64,000 nucleotides of DNA from Ionaspis alba (lineage: Eukaryota): the NCBI GenBank assembly GCA_964255285.1, contig CAXUUL010000007.1, positions 1 to 64,000 of the forward strand, in the 5' to 3' direction. Shown here piece after piece: positions 35,095-49,589 of the stretch. A program made the position numbers and the translations under genes. Under the pieces are notes generated by a model. That model was not told the origin of the DNA, did not search any database, and saw only the letters and a program-made list of their open reading frames with translations. The first letter of the stretch is position 1. Each line of letters starts with the position of its first letter.

Positions 35095-36030
35095 TCAGGA
35101 ATAGCGAGGGTGTCTTACCAAAGGATCAGGCACTCCTTGACTGGACCCATCTTCTGCCTGTCTAGCCGATCGCGTACTGGAGGAACGTGGTGGACGTCTT
35201 GCCTCGTGGCTTCTTTGTTTTGCCGCAAGTCTCTCCCGTCGTGTCTGTACAATATGGTACCGGTCAAGATCTTGCACCGATGAAGCAATTAGTTCCGCTG
35301 ATAGTCTTTGCTGTTCCAAAGGGGCTGATCGTCCTCCGGTCATCATCAATCCTTCTGCATGTCGTCCATCGCCTGTGACAACTGGGCGTTGGTGATTGGG
35401 TCTATAAAATGGTGTACGGCTCGCCATTGGCGTCACGTCTGCAACTTCACTCCTTTTTGCACCATGGCTTTGCACTCTTTCCTCAGCATTCACACTGTGC
35501 ACATCTTGATTGATTCCCTGATTCTGGCTTCGTTCCCGTGCTCTGCTCTCGCGCTTCCTCTGTTGCTTTTGTTTGCGTCTTCTGATCAGCCATATGATGA
35601 TTCCCACTCCAACTAACAGAATAAAGAGCAAGACTGCTACAGTTATTACTCCTGCCCGTTGACCGAGGGTCCAACATCCCCATCCGGTACTTTGAAGCGT
35701 TCCGTACCCTGCCTGCCCGTAATCCTGAGTAGCCATTGATGTTGCGGGCAGGTCTGGCGCGGCTTGGACCACGATCGCAGTTTCCAATGGCAAACCAGCG
35801 CTGTCGAAAACAACATTATGGACTTCTGTGAGAACAAGGACTGGGAGAGGTGTGATGATGCCATTTGAAAGAGGGCTGACTAGAGACAATGGAAAGGCAA
35901 GTAAAGGAGGCTGAACAGATGTGGGCGGTGGAAACGGCAGATAGAGGCTTTGAGAGATTGAAGCAGTGAAGCTGACAGTCATCGTTGTGGTGGTGGTATA
36001 GGCATATTTTGTATGTGCAGAGGATTCCAT
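35095..36030 (-). CDS. Hypothetical single-pass membrane protein
   Basis: 311-aa ORF with Thr/Pro-rich N-part, TM segment AGVITVAVLLFILLVGVGIIIWLI and stop-transfer RRRKQK. Confidence 0.5.
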   Translation of the reverse strand: MESSAHTKYAYTTTTTMTVSFTASISQSLYLPFPPPTSVQPPLLAFPLSLVSPLSNGIITPLPVLVLTEVHNVVFDSAGLPLETAIVVQAAPDLPATSMATQDYGQAGYGTLQSTGWGCWTLGQRAGVITVAVLLFILLVGVGIIIWLIRRRKQKQQRKRESRARERSQNQGINQDVHSVNAEERVQSHGAKRSEVADVTPMASRTPFYRPNHQRPVVTGDGRHAEGLMMTGGRSAPLEQQRLSAELIASSVQDLDRYHIVQTRRERLAAKQRSHEARRPPRSSSTRSARQAEDGSSQGVPDPLVRHPRYS

Positions 36031-36291
36031 TTTTTAATTCAGAGAAAGAGAATCCGCTGACGGTAGAGTTGAAGATCAATGGTGGAGTGGATCAGTCTTC
36101 AAATATTGTTTTAATTGTCACGGTCGCACCTGATCTTCGGTCTGGTTTCTTTGATCGCTGCACACAACATTATTCTGACGTGGCATTGAGCTGTTCATTG
36201 TGAATCACAACCATCCACCACCACATTTGCTGAATCGATGATCAAACCTGTGAGATTGTGCGACTTGCATCAAACGGCGTCTTCCAAAACC

Positions 36292-39200
36292 CTAGACTAG
36301 TCCCGATAGAGGCCTACCACTGTTTGCCTCTTTACTCATACGGCCCTTGGCAATGCCCTTCAATCGTTGCGACCACAAGCAATGCAGTGATTGATGCTCT
36401 GCTAGTGCTAAGAGCTCGGTCAAAGCCCTAGAAATGTTTCCATTGGCTCCATATCCATGGCGGATCACTACTCCTAGAGTCAGAAAGACGCGCATTCCCA
36501 GTGTGAAGACTTGAGGATTGGATGTCCACCCCAAGAAACCATCCAGGTTATATTCGAGACCACCCTTCAAGGCTTCAAGACCCTCGAACGCCCATTCCCC
36601 AATAAATGGTAATGACACTCGCGCATGTACTGTTGGTGAATCTAATCCACATAGTAGGTCTGCCCATCTCTCAACTTCCTGTACTTCATCCATATATAAG
36701 TTCTGTTTCTCCTCGATGAAGAGAGAATTGTCCTCCTCCATCGAGACCTCTAGCAAGGACTTTACCGGGATCAAGTGTCCTCGTGTGGCGCCGGTTTTGC
36801 GTCGATCTTGGCTTAACAACCGCGACAGACCTTCGTCGAAGAGTTTTATTGAGTCCTTGTACTGCTCTTTCAAGAACTGAAGCAGTAAAGCTGTTGCAGC
36901 AATTGGAGAGAGAGACATATTTGGACCGGCTGTCGAAGAAGAACATGGTGATGAAAGTGTCCATGATACAATCCGGGCACCTTCTTCACGAACCTCGTCG
37001 TCATCATCAATCAGAGTGTCATAAAGAGCTATATACACATCAAGCAGGCGCGGATCTCGAGATGCTTCAGACGTTGACGGACGTAGGCACGTCTGGAAAG
37101 TCTTGAGGGACGACACCGCAGCTACTCGTGTTGAGAGCTCCTATTTTGGAGACATTAATCAAGGATTGAGCAGAGAGCTCGTACAGGCTTACCGATCTCT
37201 CTTGCAGAGCAACTTGTAACCGATGTGTCCAGACAAGCATTTCATTGTGATCCTCGGCTTCATTATGAACATGCTGCAGGTATGTAACAGCAGCGACCAG
37301 ACCATGAATTCGAAGTTTCACGTCTGCAAATTTTGGATCTTCCAAGCTCATGGTTCGAGCCCAGTGTAAGAGAGACTGTAGTGCTCGTCCTACAGATTCT
37401 GGCTTTGCGGCAAGGTCGTGCAATACTGACTCGGCGCCCGGACAGTCTGTGGGTAAAAGAGCATTCAGACCTTCGACCGCTAAGGCTTTAGCACTCGACT
37501 GAGGCAGCTCATCAGCCCACAAGATGTATGCCTCCAGTAAACCAGAACCACATTTATCACTTGCTCGGTGACAGGCACCCAGACGTTGGATTGCAGCGGT
37601 CAGAACAATGTCGCCTCCACGACTAAGGCTTTTCAGTGCCGTTATCGTGGCTGTACTGTTGTCAATGGCGGAAAGGCTCAGAACTATGCGAAGGCGAGCT
37701 ATGGCAGTAACCAGATGATCGTTCTTGGCTCCTTTCTTATGGACATTTCCTGAGTCAGAATCCCTAAGATATAGATCTAATTTTGTTCGAAGCTCTTCTC
37801 GCAACGTCTCATGAAAAGGGATGCCTGTGCGACTCATGAATGGTGCCTCGACTATAAAGGTCAAAATATCCAAGAAAATGGCCACAGTAAGTGGACAAGG
37901 ATTTTCTGTCACGAGTTGGTCGAAAGAAGGCCACAAAAAGCCAAATAATGATTCGTGATACCCTGAGAGACGATGATTAGGGCACAAGCATCAACAAGGC
38001 TTCTGTGAGAACATACGGGAAACATCATAACCTTTTCGCCGTACAATAAACCTCAGACATAGAAGTCGACCATGTAGACCGTTCTGTGAGATGCAAGGAA
38101 CGCGCAATTGGTCCTGGATAAGTTTGATGATGTCCTTCTCTGTGGTGATAAAGCTTAAAGTGTGCGCGGCCTTCTCCCGCAATGCCCAGTTGCGACTATC
38201 AATGTGTCGCGCTATTAAGCGTCGTACCAAAGCCCGGAATTTTTCCGGCACTCCAAATCGAGTGACAAGCTCCAGTGCAGGGAATACGGTTTGAACAGCG
38301 CGTGATACAGAATTGCCCAAGTTGTCCTCATGAGCTTGGATTTCGTCACTCTCGCTGCCCCGTTGGAGAAGTCGTACGACAAGTCCTGCAAGTACTGGAT
38401 ACTTCTCATAAGTAATTGTTGAGAACGATCCATAGCTCGAATATGAAGTATTGCCACCTGCGAGCCTTGTGATCAATGCCTTGATAAGCATCAAGCCACA
38501 ATTTCGGACTGCCCATCTACAGGGGATTTTCAGCTTTCTATTCGACGGACCGGAGTCGCGATTACTCACACATCCTGCTCCAAATTTCGGATTGCAAGTA
38601 GCAATGAACTTTCCAGATGTGGTTCTATAGCCGAACCTAATCGGGTATTGGTGAATACGTCCTTCAAACAGTTCAGTGCATGCACTTGAGGAAGTCGAGG
38701 TTTATCCTGTGCGTTAGTCATCTCAATTGGGGCATTAGCAGTCGATTGAAGATCGAGGATAATTCGCTCAAATGTACTGCCATTAGGATTCGCTGAAAGA
38801 ATTCCCGAGATCAGCGCTGGGAGACCCGCAGATCGTCTGGTAAGAGCAGAGGCCTTCTCTTGAATACACGATAAGATATCCTGCTGTCTGTAAGCAGGTC
38901 CTATGAACATACACAAGGAAGCCCAACCTGGTACCATTGCGTAGGAAGCCCATCATGTGCTTCAGTGACCGAGCAGCACGTAGCGAAAGTTTGAGATACT
39001 GTTGAAAATGCACCACGATGCCGAAGCTCGGTCAATTGTACAAGAGCTAGTCCTCCAAGCTTGCTCACCTCATCATACCGCCGACTAGTTTCGTAGTTCG
39101 ACGGCCAGTAACCACTATTCGTAACCATGACTTGTGTTAAAGCACTATCTGGTCAAAATTTTGCTTGAGAATGAATCCAATGCGATCATCATACCTGGCT

Positions 39201-41652
39201 TCCTTCAAAGCTCGCCAGGAGTAAGACAGGGTGTCTTTCGCACCAATGTCGATCTCGTCTTCAACGAAGTCCATCGTGACATGACCCTCGGGCGAATCGC
39301 AACATAGAACATGGGCAACCGCTTTCCAAACGTTCGAGCATGCAGCCATCAATCGAACATGGAAGTCTGTCCAAAAAGCTAGATTATCACCGATGGACTG
39401 GGTAAAAGTTACGTAGAAATCCTGCTGGCTTATGATGTATCTTTAAACTCCTATTAGAGATCGCTTTCTTGGATTTGAGGGTGGAAATACCTCAAGGATA
39501 TCATGCTGCCGGGTAACGGCGCATTTGATACGGCCTGCGGAAGGTTGTTCCGTGCTACCTCAATGTAATTTTCAAGATCACTAAGTAAATTGTTCAAAAT
39601 GATTCTTCTTCTGTTACTAGGATCGACTGGACTAAAGGCGATAAAGGGGCATTGATAGAGGATCTCCCAGATCCGTCCAACGCCGTCAGCATAGTCTGCC
39701 CTACCAGTGCGTCGCAACAAGTTGGTGGCCCTTTCTAGGGCCATCTGAACATTTCTCCTGCCTGTATTATGGTGCATGTGATACTCTGGATCTGAATTTA
39801 GTCCTGAAGCTTTTTTCGAGTCAGCAAGGAGGAGCAGTTTCAAAAGGCCGGTTGCTGTGCCTCGAACGTCGTCAAATGGGTCGATAATCAGGTCTAGTAA
39901 CAGACGCATCAATCGGGCGACAAATGCATCCACCTACAGACTTCAGTAAATCTATCTTATCTGTCCTTTTCGAATAGTACTTACCTGTATGAATTCGCAT
40001 AGCTGGAAGGAGAACAGCAAGTGCAAGGCTTTTATTGCTGTAATGTGCCGTGGATAGGACGAAGTGGGCCGCAGCTCCTCCATAAGAAACTCAATATACC
40101 ACGCCACAAAATCGCCGTGAGCTCTTAAGAGTGAAACGATTTCCGGTTGTGGTGATGATACAGAACTTGGAACATTACTGGAGTGATCGTGTTCTAGTTC
40201 CTCCAGAGCTGGTGACAAGTGCTCGAGACGCCTCATGCGAGACATTGCCCCTTTCAATCGTGTAAATAGTTGCCTAATTGTATCTAGAAACTCGTTTCGT
40301 GCCTTTGGGTCATTTTCTGCATGGAAGAAAGGCAGTCTCTGCTGAAGGATAGCTAAGTCATTGAGATTCAGCACTCGCGTAGACACAGAAGAGAATGTCA
40401 ATAGTGACAAGGCTGATATTCTGATACTAGATGATGCATGTAAGAGGAGTCTGACTGATATTATCGTCGTGACAGAGATTTCCGAGGCCCCTGGTAATAT
40501 TTCTTCTGTCAAATATTAGGAAGGCATCGAGCAATTTGGGTCGAGCATACCCAAATATGATACTGTGCCTGCCTCCTCCATTATCTTCATGACCAAGAGG
40601 CACAACCGAACTTCTGTTGTAGAAAGCAGTCCAAGTCTGCCTTCAAGAATAACCTTGTAAGGTAACGTTCGAGCAAATCCAATCGTATCTGTCGGGTGAA
40701 GACGAAGTAAGTCTCTTAAGATATGATGCTCAAAAATCTCGATAAGTGCGGGTCGGGTTCTGAGAGCTTTATGAACAGCTTGAGCCCATACAGGTGGTGA
40801 TATTCTGGTCAGATCGCCTAGCAATATCTCGGCAGTATCAATTCGGATCGATTTGATAAAAGATGTCAAGAAACGCCCTATAGCTGGAGCAACTTCGACA
40901 AGATACGCCCATCGAAGCGCTTGGTACACAAGCGATGGAATATTACGCAAGGAGCCGGTATCTGGCTCTCCCTCGTCTAGCAATACTGTATTGTTGTGCA
41001 TTAATCCTGTAATAGGACCAGCCACATCCTCAGTGGTCGTGAATAAGGAAGTGTACATAGCCATCATGGTATTCGCCGGGACAAGGCGCTTAGAGAGAAA
41101 TGCATCTAGTACATGTAAAGCAGGCTTGACGGAAGAGAGTTCTTCGTCCACAAAGACTATTGACAGACATCTTTTGGCAGTATCGTTCGCCAAAGTCGCC
41201 GAACCATTTGAATTGGGATTTCCGTCCAATACTTTTACAAGTGTCAACAAGAGTTGCTTCATAGGTTTGACTTGGGCATCTTCCACCCTCTTTAGATAGA
41301 TGTTGAGCAGTCGATTGCATATCGCAGAGCTGAGGCAGATACCACGGAAATGAGGTGAGGAGGAAATGATTCCTTGTTCTAAGAAACCAGATACAGCATT
41401 ACAGGCTGCGGATCTATGGCCGGCCGAGAGCTTGGGCTCCTCAGCCGTGCATAGCAGTCTTTCGAGTAACAGATCCAGGGCCGTTTCTGCATCGTCGCCT
41501 GAAGGGTTCTCCTGCTTAGGAATGAGATTATTCAGTCTTCTCCCCAAGTCACGCAACTCGGGCTCAGTCAGGAGAGTATGCTTTTCCGGCCGTACATCAT
41601 TGTGAACGTGGCTGTAGCCAGACAGAACTCGTACATCATTGACACGGTCCAT
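36292..41652 (-). CDS. THADA / Trm732 (DUF2428) armadillo-repeat tRNA 2'-O-methylation cofactor, about 9 exons
   Basis: Chain of minus-strand ORFs with SYSWRALKEA, QLTELRHRGAFS, TRRSAGLP, PQVHALNCLKDVF, WAVRNCGLML, DDDDEVR and LFIEEKQNLY. Confidence 0.9.
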
Positions 41653-41987
41653 TATTGGCTGATAGAAGCCCCCTTTCGAGATATGGAGTCCCTTAATAAG
41701 CGGCTACATTACTTCGGGCGCTACTCCTTCATCAAGCGGAGTCGTCAATATTCGAAGGGAAGTGAATAGAAAATCATCAAGTGGCATGGCGAGAAAATTT
41801 AAGATGGCGGAGTCCTGTATCTTGACAACACTGTTGGCATTAACGTTCTGCCGACGCCGAGCATTTTTTGTGGCGCATGGCGATGAATCTTTGAGCTCAC
41901 TTAAAGGTCACCAAAATCACCAGCATCCTCCGTTACCCTTTCGTGCTCTCTTTGCGCGACCTCCAAGATCCTTCCGTTCAGATCAGG

Positions 41988-42722
41988 ATGACTCTTTGGG
42001 ACACTCTCACGGGACGAAAAGCCGCATCAGCCTCTGTATCAACATCCTCCTCCGCCTCTCCCACACCTACTTTTGACGACACCACATCGGGCACAACCTT
42101 CGCGCCAACCGACTTTTCTGCTCCCGACGTCTCTTCTATACTCGGTGATGCTTCACTTCCAGATCCATCCCAACTTCACCCTTTAGCTGGCCTAAATCAG
42201 CAAACGCTCGACTACCTCTCCTTGGAAGAAAACGCCCTTTCCGATCTCCCCGGCGCCCAATCTGCCCTACCTTCGCGAGGGTGGTCGGACGATCTTTGTT
42301 ATGGTACTGGTGTCACCTACATCTCTGCACTCACAGCAGGAGGCACCTGGGGATTGATAGAGGGACTGAACCGGTCACCGTCCACGGCGCCTCCCAAATT
42401 GCGGCTCAACAGCGTGCTCAACAGTGTGACCCGAAGAGGGCCTTTCCTCGGAAATTCTGCTGGAGTAATTGCATTGGTCTACAACTTGGTGAATTCAACC
42501 ATTGGGCATTACAGGGGAAAGCATGATTCAGCGAACAGTGTCGTGGCCGGGGCGTTGAGTGGAATGCTTTTCAAAAGTACAAGAGGACTGAGGCCGATGA
42601 TGATATCAGGAGGCCTCGTGGCGTCGGCTGCCGGCGCATGGACTGTGAGACTCCTTGTTTCGTTCGTTTCTTGGCTCGGTGCTGACTCCTCTTGCTAGGT
42701 CACAAGGAAGGCACTCTTCTAA
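41988..42722 (+). CDS. TIM23: Mitochondrial inner membrane translocase subunit Tim23 (intron about 42644-42698)
   Basis: LHPLAGL, LPSRGWSDDLCYGTG, KLRLNSVLNSVTRRGPFLGNSAG, RGKHD, GALSGMLFKSTRG. Confidence 0.95.
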
Positions 42723-43383
42723 TATGTTCCTGAATGGTCGGACTCTCATTACATCCCAGTATCAGACTGCGTCCCATTTTGAGGTCGGGTACGTAGAGGA
42801 AGATGCGTCATATGGTGATGGCTCTCCGAATTTTGTGAAAGTTAGCGACTGCTGCATTTGACAGGCCCAATACGGACAGCTTCAGGAGCACGACTCTTCC
42901 CTCATCTGCTTCACAATGTTCTTATAGTATCTGTATATATATCTTTGTCGAGGGTAGACCAGACTTAACTAGATCCTGTTCCTTGCGGGGGAGTGTTGTG
43001 TGTTCAGCACAATCTTTTTGTGAACTACGACTGATCTGTATTTCTGTAGAATTGCACAATGATCCATTGCTATTGAGAGGTGATGTTGGGACTTCTGCAA
43101 GAACAATATCGGTGTCTGTAGATAATGGTGTGCAGGATAACCACAAGCGTCAAGGACGCACCATCGTGATGAATCTGGAGCAACTCGTTCATAACTCGCA
43201 ATTCAGTTAAGCGAAGCTCCAGTGATGATTTGACGAGCTGCATCTCCCGCTCGTTCTTGCCTCTTCAAACGCAGCCAGCACCAAACGAATGCAAGCTGAA
43301 ACTCGCCTATGCCTCACCTTCGCAATTTCATCTCAATTCGAGAGGTTTGATCCCTTCCTGCTTTCATTCCAGGCACTCCAGCA

Positions 43384-44372
43384 ATGGTGACTGCTCACAG
43401 CTCCAAAGAGACTGATGAGGTGCCAACACCCGAGGCTCTGATCGAGATGCTCAGAAAGCAGGCGTTCGACCTGGGAGAAATTGGACTCACCTCAACACTC
43501 AAGCCTCAAGACACCTTGCAGTCGATCAGGACTGACGACGTTCGTTCTGGAGACTCAAATCGTTATGCCTTCAGCGTTGCCAGCGCAATGAGAGAAGGAG
43601 AGCAGGAACAAGCTCACTGCCGCCACGTTCAAAACGTCATCGAGAATACGTTAGGCCACCACAGTTCAGTCTACAGGAAAGCCGACGCGATAGTCAACAG
43701 AAGACTGCTTGCAGCAGGGACAGACCCAAAGCTCGTTGACTTGTGGAGTAACATCAGGGGTATTCTGCGCCCCAAAGTTGTGAAATTGTACCGGCTAGAA
43801 AATCCATTGCCGGAACTTCCGAAGCGTGTTAAGGTGACTTTGTTGCGACAATGTGAGAAACGCACAGACAGAAAAGATGTCTATCTTTCGGTCGCAGACA
43901 CTTTAGACGGAATTCATGCAGCTCTTCGCAGTGTATCTGCTACAATCGATGGCACCGGCCAATTGATCACAAGTCGGGGCCAAGGTCCATGGATGTATCA
44001 ATTCATAGATAGACATTCTATTCTGTCTTCCGAGCGTCGAACGTTAGAGACCGATGCAGATTATCAATACCTGATGAGTGAGATGACCAAGCCAGAGTCA
44101 ACCAGGACTTCTGCTTGTATCTTCCAGGTGGGCAGAGCCTTCAATGGTATGGGAGTATCTGTTGATTGTTCTCGGATCAGGAATCCACCCTTACTTTCCA
44201 GCAAGACCTCGAGGCGACCAGGAAGGAAGAAGAGTTGAAGGACGTTCTGGACGAGGATGGCCGACCGTTCTTCAAGGCAGTAGATTGGGAAAGTTTGATA
44301 CGAAAGGAATTTGGGAGAAGTGGTGGTGAAGGTAAAGCAAGGGTGCAAGAGCAGGGTCAAACCGTACACTAG
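43384..44372 (+). CDS. Hypothetical protein, 2 exons (intron about 44128-44180)
   Basis: 284-aa ORF joined by a GTGGGC..CAG intron to ESTLTFQQDLE..PFFKAVDWESL; no family recognised. Confidence 0.5.
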
Positions 44373-45145
44373 CCAGATACATGTTCGCGGACAGGGCAAG
44401 AAAAAAATCTGCTCTGTTATCGATGTTTCTTCCGATCATAGAGATGGTGACCGAGTACGCGTGAAGCAAGGGAAGGAGCGCTCCTCACTTACCTCCTTTT
44501 ACCCTTACACTTGCCAAGTATCTGTCCACAAACATGCTTAGCGATCGTGGTGAGAGGCGTGATGCTGTCAGATTAGATCAAGTAGGTTGACCGTCATAGA
44601 CTGATTCGGAAGGCTTGCAAGCACAGGAATGCGACCTGAAGAAACCGTTGAAGACTATGACATCTCAAGGCTTCAACCAGGCTATTTCTTGTGTGAAGCC
44701 TTGGTTGACATGACGCCAGTGAATCGTCTCCTGAATTGCTCTTATCATCATACAGCTCTGATGCTCGTTCATTCTTCGTGATGTATGGACAGCAAGACAG
44801 GAAGTCTTCGGTAGAACTTCCCCTTTTCGCGTATAAGGCTAAGGAGTCTTTGACACATCCGCTAGGTGAAGATCACGATGGCGCTAACACGCGTGAATCC
44901 CTGCCTAGCGCGTGTCCACCCGGCGGGTCGAGAAGTTATTTAGATGGCGGCCACTCCGCTCTTTGATCCCCACCCGAATCAGCCCTCGAATTTGTGCAGT
45001 CTTGTGCATTACATTATCCCAGACGCACAAATCGCTCAGAAATCCAGCCGTCGATTTTTTAGGGTTTCGCTTAGACTCGATTCGGCAGTTTGATAGTCGT
45101 CTTGCATCCAATCCATTCCTACTGTCACATCAACACCACTCAGAC

Positions 45146-45932
45146 ATGAGCGACCTAGACGATAGCTATGCACCACAGTCGCCAGACCTTTCGGCCTTCC
45201 ATTCCGCACAGCCAGAACCTCAATCTGCCACGTACTACCCTCCACAAGCATCCTACCAGACTTCGTACCTCCCACCTCCACACAATGACCAGTTCCTTCC
45301 GTATGGCAGTGAACACGCTTCTCGCCCGATCAGTAGCTTCTCATCCAGTACCATACCGCGACACGATCGGACAGGTGTCGGTCCCGACGATGAATGGGCT
45401 CCAGACCTGTCAGCAAAGGGAAGCGGACGAAAGTCGAAGAAGCAGAAGACGCACGAGGAGCCGGAAAGCTCCAGCAAGTCAGCACCTGGAGTTGAAGAAG
45501 GAATTGACGTGAAGACGAAGTTTCCCGTTGCAAGGATCAAGCGCATCATGCAAGCAGATGAGGATGTGGGCAAAGTGGCTCAAGTCACCCCGACGGCTGT
45601 TTGTGAGTGCACGTCCGTGGATGTTGTTCATGAAGTTGTTCACGGACTCACAATTTCTCTATACAGCTAAAGCGCTCGAGCTTTTCATGATCTCTTTGGT
45701 TACCAAAGCGGCAGCACAAGCAAGGTCTAAATCAGCCAAAAAAGTAACCGCAGCACACCTTAAACAAGTAGTAGAGAGCGATGAACAGTTCGACTTCTTG
45801 GCCGAGATCATTTCGAAGGTACCGGATGCGCCGGTGCCTAAGAAAGACGAGGATAGCGAAGGGGTCAGCGATGTAAAGAAGAAACGTGGCGCAGCAAGAA
45901 GAAAGAGAAAAGAGGACGATGAAATGGACTGA
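45146..45932 (+). CDS. BUR6: NC2 alpha subunit (Bur6/DRAP1), histone-fold; intron about 45603-45666
   Basis: KTKFPVARIKRIMQADEDVGKVAQVTP..KALELFM..HLKQVVESDEQFDFL. Confidence 0.9.
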
Positions 45933-46294
45933 GCCGGTTGAAGACATGACGGGCCTGGCATGATTCTTCTACTTGCATTGTGAAAGCGGCTTCAAATAGG
46001 ACATTTGCACTGGTGTCTCTCGCTTTTCGTAAAGGGTTGTCGTATTCATGGTATGCGTTGTGCTGTCCCTCCGTAAGCTGTGGAGAAGCAATTGACGTCG
46101 TGGTGTAAGGGGAAAGCTGCTGTGTAAGGGGATGGTGTCCAAAAGATGTGCCTAGTGCAAACAAAATGTAAGGCTGTGTAATTGTAAAATACAGCCTTTA
46201 ACTGTTTTAATGGTTTTATAATAAAGAGTGAATATTACATCGACAGGTCCATGGCTTCCGAAGGTCGCAGCCGTAATAAACATGAATGATAGCT

Positions 46295-49246
46295 ATGGAT
46301 TTTGTAGGTAGTTTTGCTCCTTCCGTCTCTTTGACGCGTTCGAGTTGCATTAATCCAGGTTCAGTGGTCACGCCTCATCGGTGGAGTCAGAACTTCACCT
46401 AAGAAAAGAATCACGCCAAGTGCTCCACACTTGCGCCTGAGCCGTTTCAAAGCAGCTTATAACGATCTCCTCGTGCGTGAAATCCGGACTCCAAGATTCT
46501 CCGCTGATGATGGACTCAGCAAATATGGCACAATGGCGACGGCGTCTCTACGGATGCCTTCGTAGCAGAGAATGCTCGCATATCTCTGCGCCAATTGGCA
46601 GAAATGCTGAACGATGATACAAAGGGACCTACACCGCACCTGTGCATTGCTTTTGCAGCAACTTCGCGTCTCCTGGTAGTAGTTTCGAGGGTTGCGTCGG
46701 CGTTCCAGGATGATGGTCTTGCACATGAGGCTCTGGGAATCTGTGGTCTTCTGATCGATAGCGAAGAGGAGGCTTTTCTACAAGATCCCAGCTTTGCAGA
46801 AGCGTTGCCGAAGTTTGTTGAAAGTCTGCGGGAGACTGCTTCTGGCACTACAGATTTGGATACCGAGAGTGCCATGCTCGAAGTCCTGTTTGGCATTGCG
46901 TCTAGAATTCGATTTGATCCGGAAATATTACCAACGTGGTTCAAGCCTGGCTTCCATCCAGACGACATGCCCGGTCATTCTGAAACCTCTAACAATTTGG
47001 AAGAGAGAGTCAGGAGCCAAGATTTCCCACTTTTCTATCTCCTCTTGCAATTTGTGCCTGCGGAAGGGAGAGCTGGAGAGTTTGCTCGTATGGGGTTGCT
47101 CTACATCATCGAATCGTCCGAACACTCAGAAGAACTCGAGAAATGGATTGTCGATGGCGACATGGCTGCTCTAATGGCAAGCGGTCTCGGAGCATTATAT
47201 GGTCAGCTTAGCCGGTAATACTTGTCTTGCCAACACACAAGAAGAGTCTGCTAACAATCCAGAAAACTTACTCTGTGTTACGCCGAAGATGAGACCCCTT
47301 CTGTTCTCACCTTTTCGAATCATTCTCACCTCATCTCTACTCGTGATGCAGAAAGCACCACATCGTCGGAATATCAAGCCCATCTTGCAACTTTCCTCGC
47401 TTCTCTTGTCTTCTGGCAGGATCTCTTGGAGCATTGCCCTTCCAAAGACGTGCGCGAAACCCTTCTTGACCATTTCCAGGCTCTGTTTCTCCAGCAATTG
47501 CTGTGAGTAGCTTCAAGACTCCTCTTCGACCTATTGCTCATGTCCCACTCTAGATACCCTTCTTTACTAGAATCGTCCGATGTCGATGGCGGTTCAGCTG
47601 TTGCGGTTCTAACATATCTACGCCATATTCTCGAATCAATCGATCATCCTGAATTAGTTCATTTGACGTTGCAATATTTGTTTGGCATTCGAAAGACGTG
47701 TTCGTCGAAAAACGATGCGTCCCAGAGGCCAACAACTTTGGCGAGACGGCGAAAATCGGAAAATCTACTTTCTCGTTTGGGCGAAGACGAAGCGTCCCCT
47801 GACCTTTTCAATCTCGCGGATCTCATCATGGCTGGCTTGCGTTCGGAAAGCCAGCAAACTATAACTGCAGCACTGGAATTAACATCCGTCTTGCTGAGAC
47901 GGCAGCACATTCAGCTCATTCCAGCACTCCTGAAAACTCGAGCGGCCAATGACACCAATCAACGGCGGACTATTGGTGCGCAGCACAGAGAAATCAAAGT
48001 GCTGGTCTCTATTTCTGAGGGCTTGGCCGTGTCTCAGAACCTCGAGATATCGTACGGAAAGTATCTTGAAGACAATCGAAACCTTATCGAAAGTCATTCG
48101 TGTTCCGTTCAGCTTCGAAATCACGTCATCCCATCGGATCGTGCTGTACGCAGTGAGCTTGGCACGCTTCGAAGGAACATGCATTACCTGATTACAGACG
48201 ATCCTATGTTGACGTGTTCGTTGGAACTTATGGAACGGTTCTTCTGGAATGATATAGAGACTAACCTGAGCCTAACGCAGACTATGACTGATCTGGCGAC
48301 ATGTGGTTATACCAGGCTGGAATGCTGGCTGCTTGAAGATCCTGCAAGCTACCGCTTCGACATCGAAGACTCAGTAGAGCATCAAAAGGACGAGGAACAA
48401 GATCAGTCGTTGATGCGGCCGACTAACGACCTGGAAGCGAACGAGGCACGTCCAATACGAGATGTGTTCTCAGCACGGCGTGAACCTGTCGGCAACGTTC
48501 GCGAAATTTCACCTGTCTTTTCGACTCTCGATCTACTTACGCAGCAAGTAGAGACCGTTCGACGTCACATCAACGACTTTGACGCGCTATCTCTTGAGTG
48601 CAGGATGATTGTCACCGCAGACGAAGACAGTGACGCTATCGCCGCTGAGGAAACACCAGAGCTGGCCCGCGACATCGGAGACTCACAGCTTCTCTCACCC
48701 TCTCCATCGAAGGCTCCTAGCCAGATGGGATCTCTACCCACACGACTACGACACGGCAGGACTTCGGCATCTTCGTCTCCCTCGGTTTCTCGCACCGGCT
48801 CACCTCGAGGTCGACGTCTTGACCTGTCTTCGACCCCAACTCTCGTGGGCCGATTGCCTCACCTGCAAATCTCGCCAACCCGAATCTCCTCTCATGCCAC
48901 TTCACGCACTCATTCATTATCCCCTTTTCCGAAGGGTTCCCTCCCCTCGACACCACCCAAAGCGAAGCGAAGAGTTCTTCCAACACCCGCTGCTCTACAC
49001 CGAAAGATCAGAATCACTAAGAAGGCTGGACCAACCGGCAAGAGCCTGATCCTGGAGCCAGGTAGTGAGAGCAGTAGCGTGAAGAGTGAATCCTTAGGAC
49101 AACACCAAGAGGGCTATGATGAGGTCAAGGAGGTCAGCCTGGGCCATCTTTTGACCAATCTGATCATTCTGCAAGAGTTTATCTTGGAGTTGGCTGCGCT
49201 GATTGAAGTCAGAGCGACTTTGTTCGATGAAGTTCGTTATGTGTAG
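46295..49246 (+). CDS. FHIP / RAI16-like protein of the FTS-Hook-FHIP dynein adaptor complex (FhipA-like); 9-nt first exon
   Basis: ATG GAT TTT|GTAGGT..CAG|TGG TCA CGC gives MDFWSRLIGG; FPLFYLL, GEFARMGLLY, ASGLGALYGQL, YPSLLESSDVDGGSAVAVLTYL, NLIILQEFILELAALIEVRATLF. Confidence 0.85.
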
Positions 49247-49589
49247 TAAAGGCCTAATCTCATTCTCAATTCCAGTAATGAGACTGACAGAGTTCGAGTT
49301 TTACGGAGCCCGACGTTTGTGTGATAACTCCGGTATGTCTATCTTACCTATCAATGTAATTCAAACCTCAGTCTCAGGGTCAACATCTTATAACGCACTG
49401 CATAATGCGCAAACATTCAGTAGTTCTCCTCATCCTATCGACAATAGACAATCTTCGGCACGAACTCGCGTGCTTGCATGGTATTCGCAGACCGTTGACC
49501 TTGTCCCTCCATGGGAGATAGTGATCCAGCTAACCCCATCGCACCTCATCACGTCATCTGTACATTATCCCCAACTGGTCCGAGCTTCC

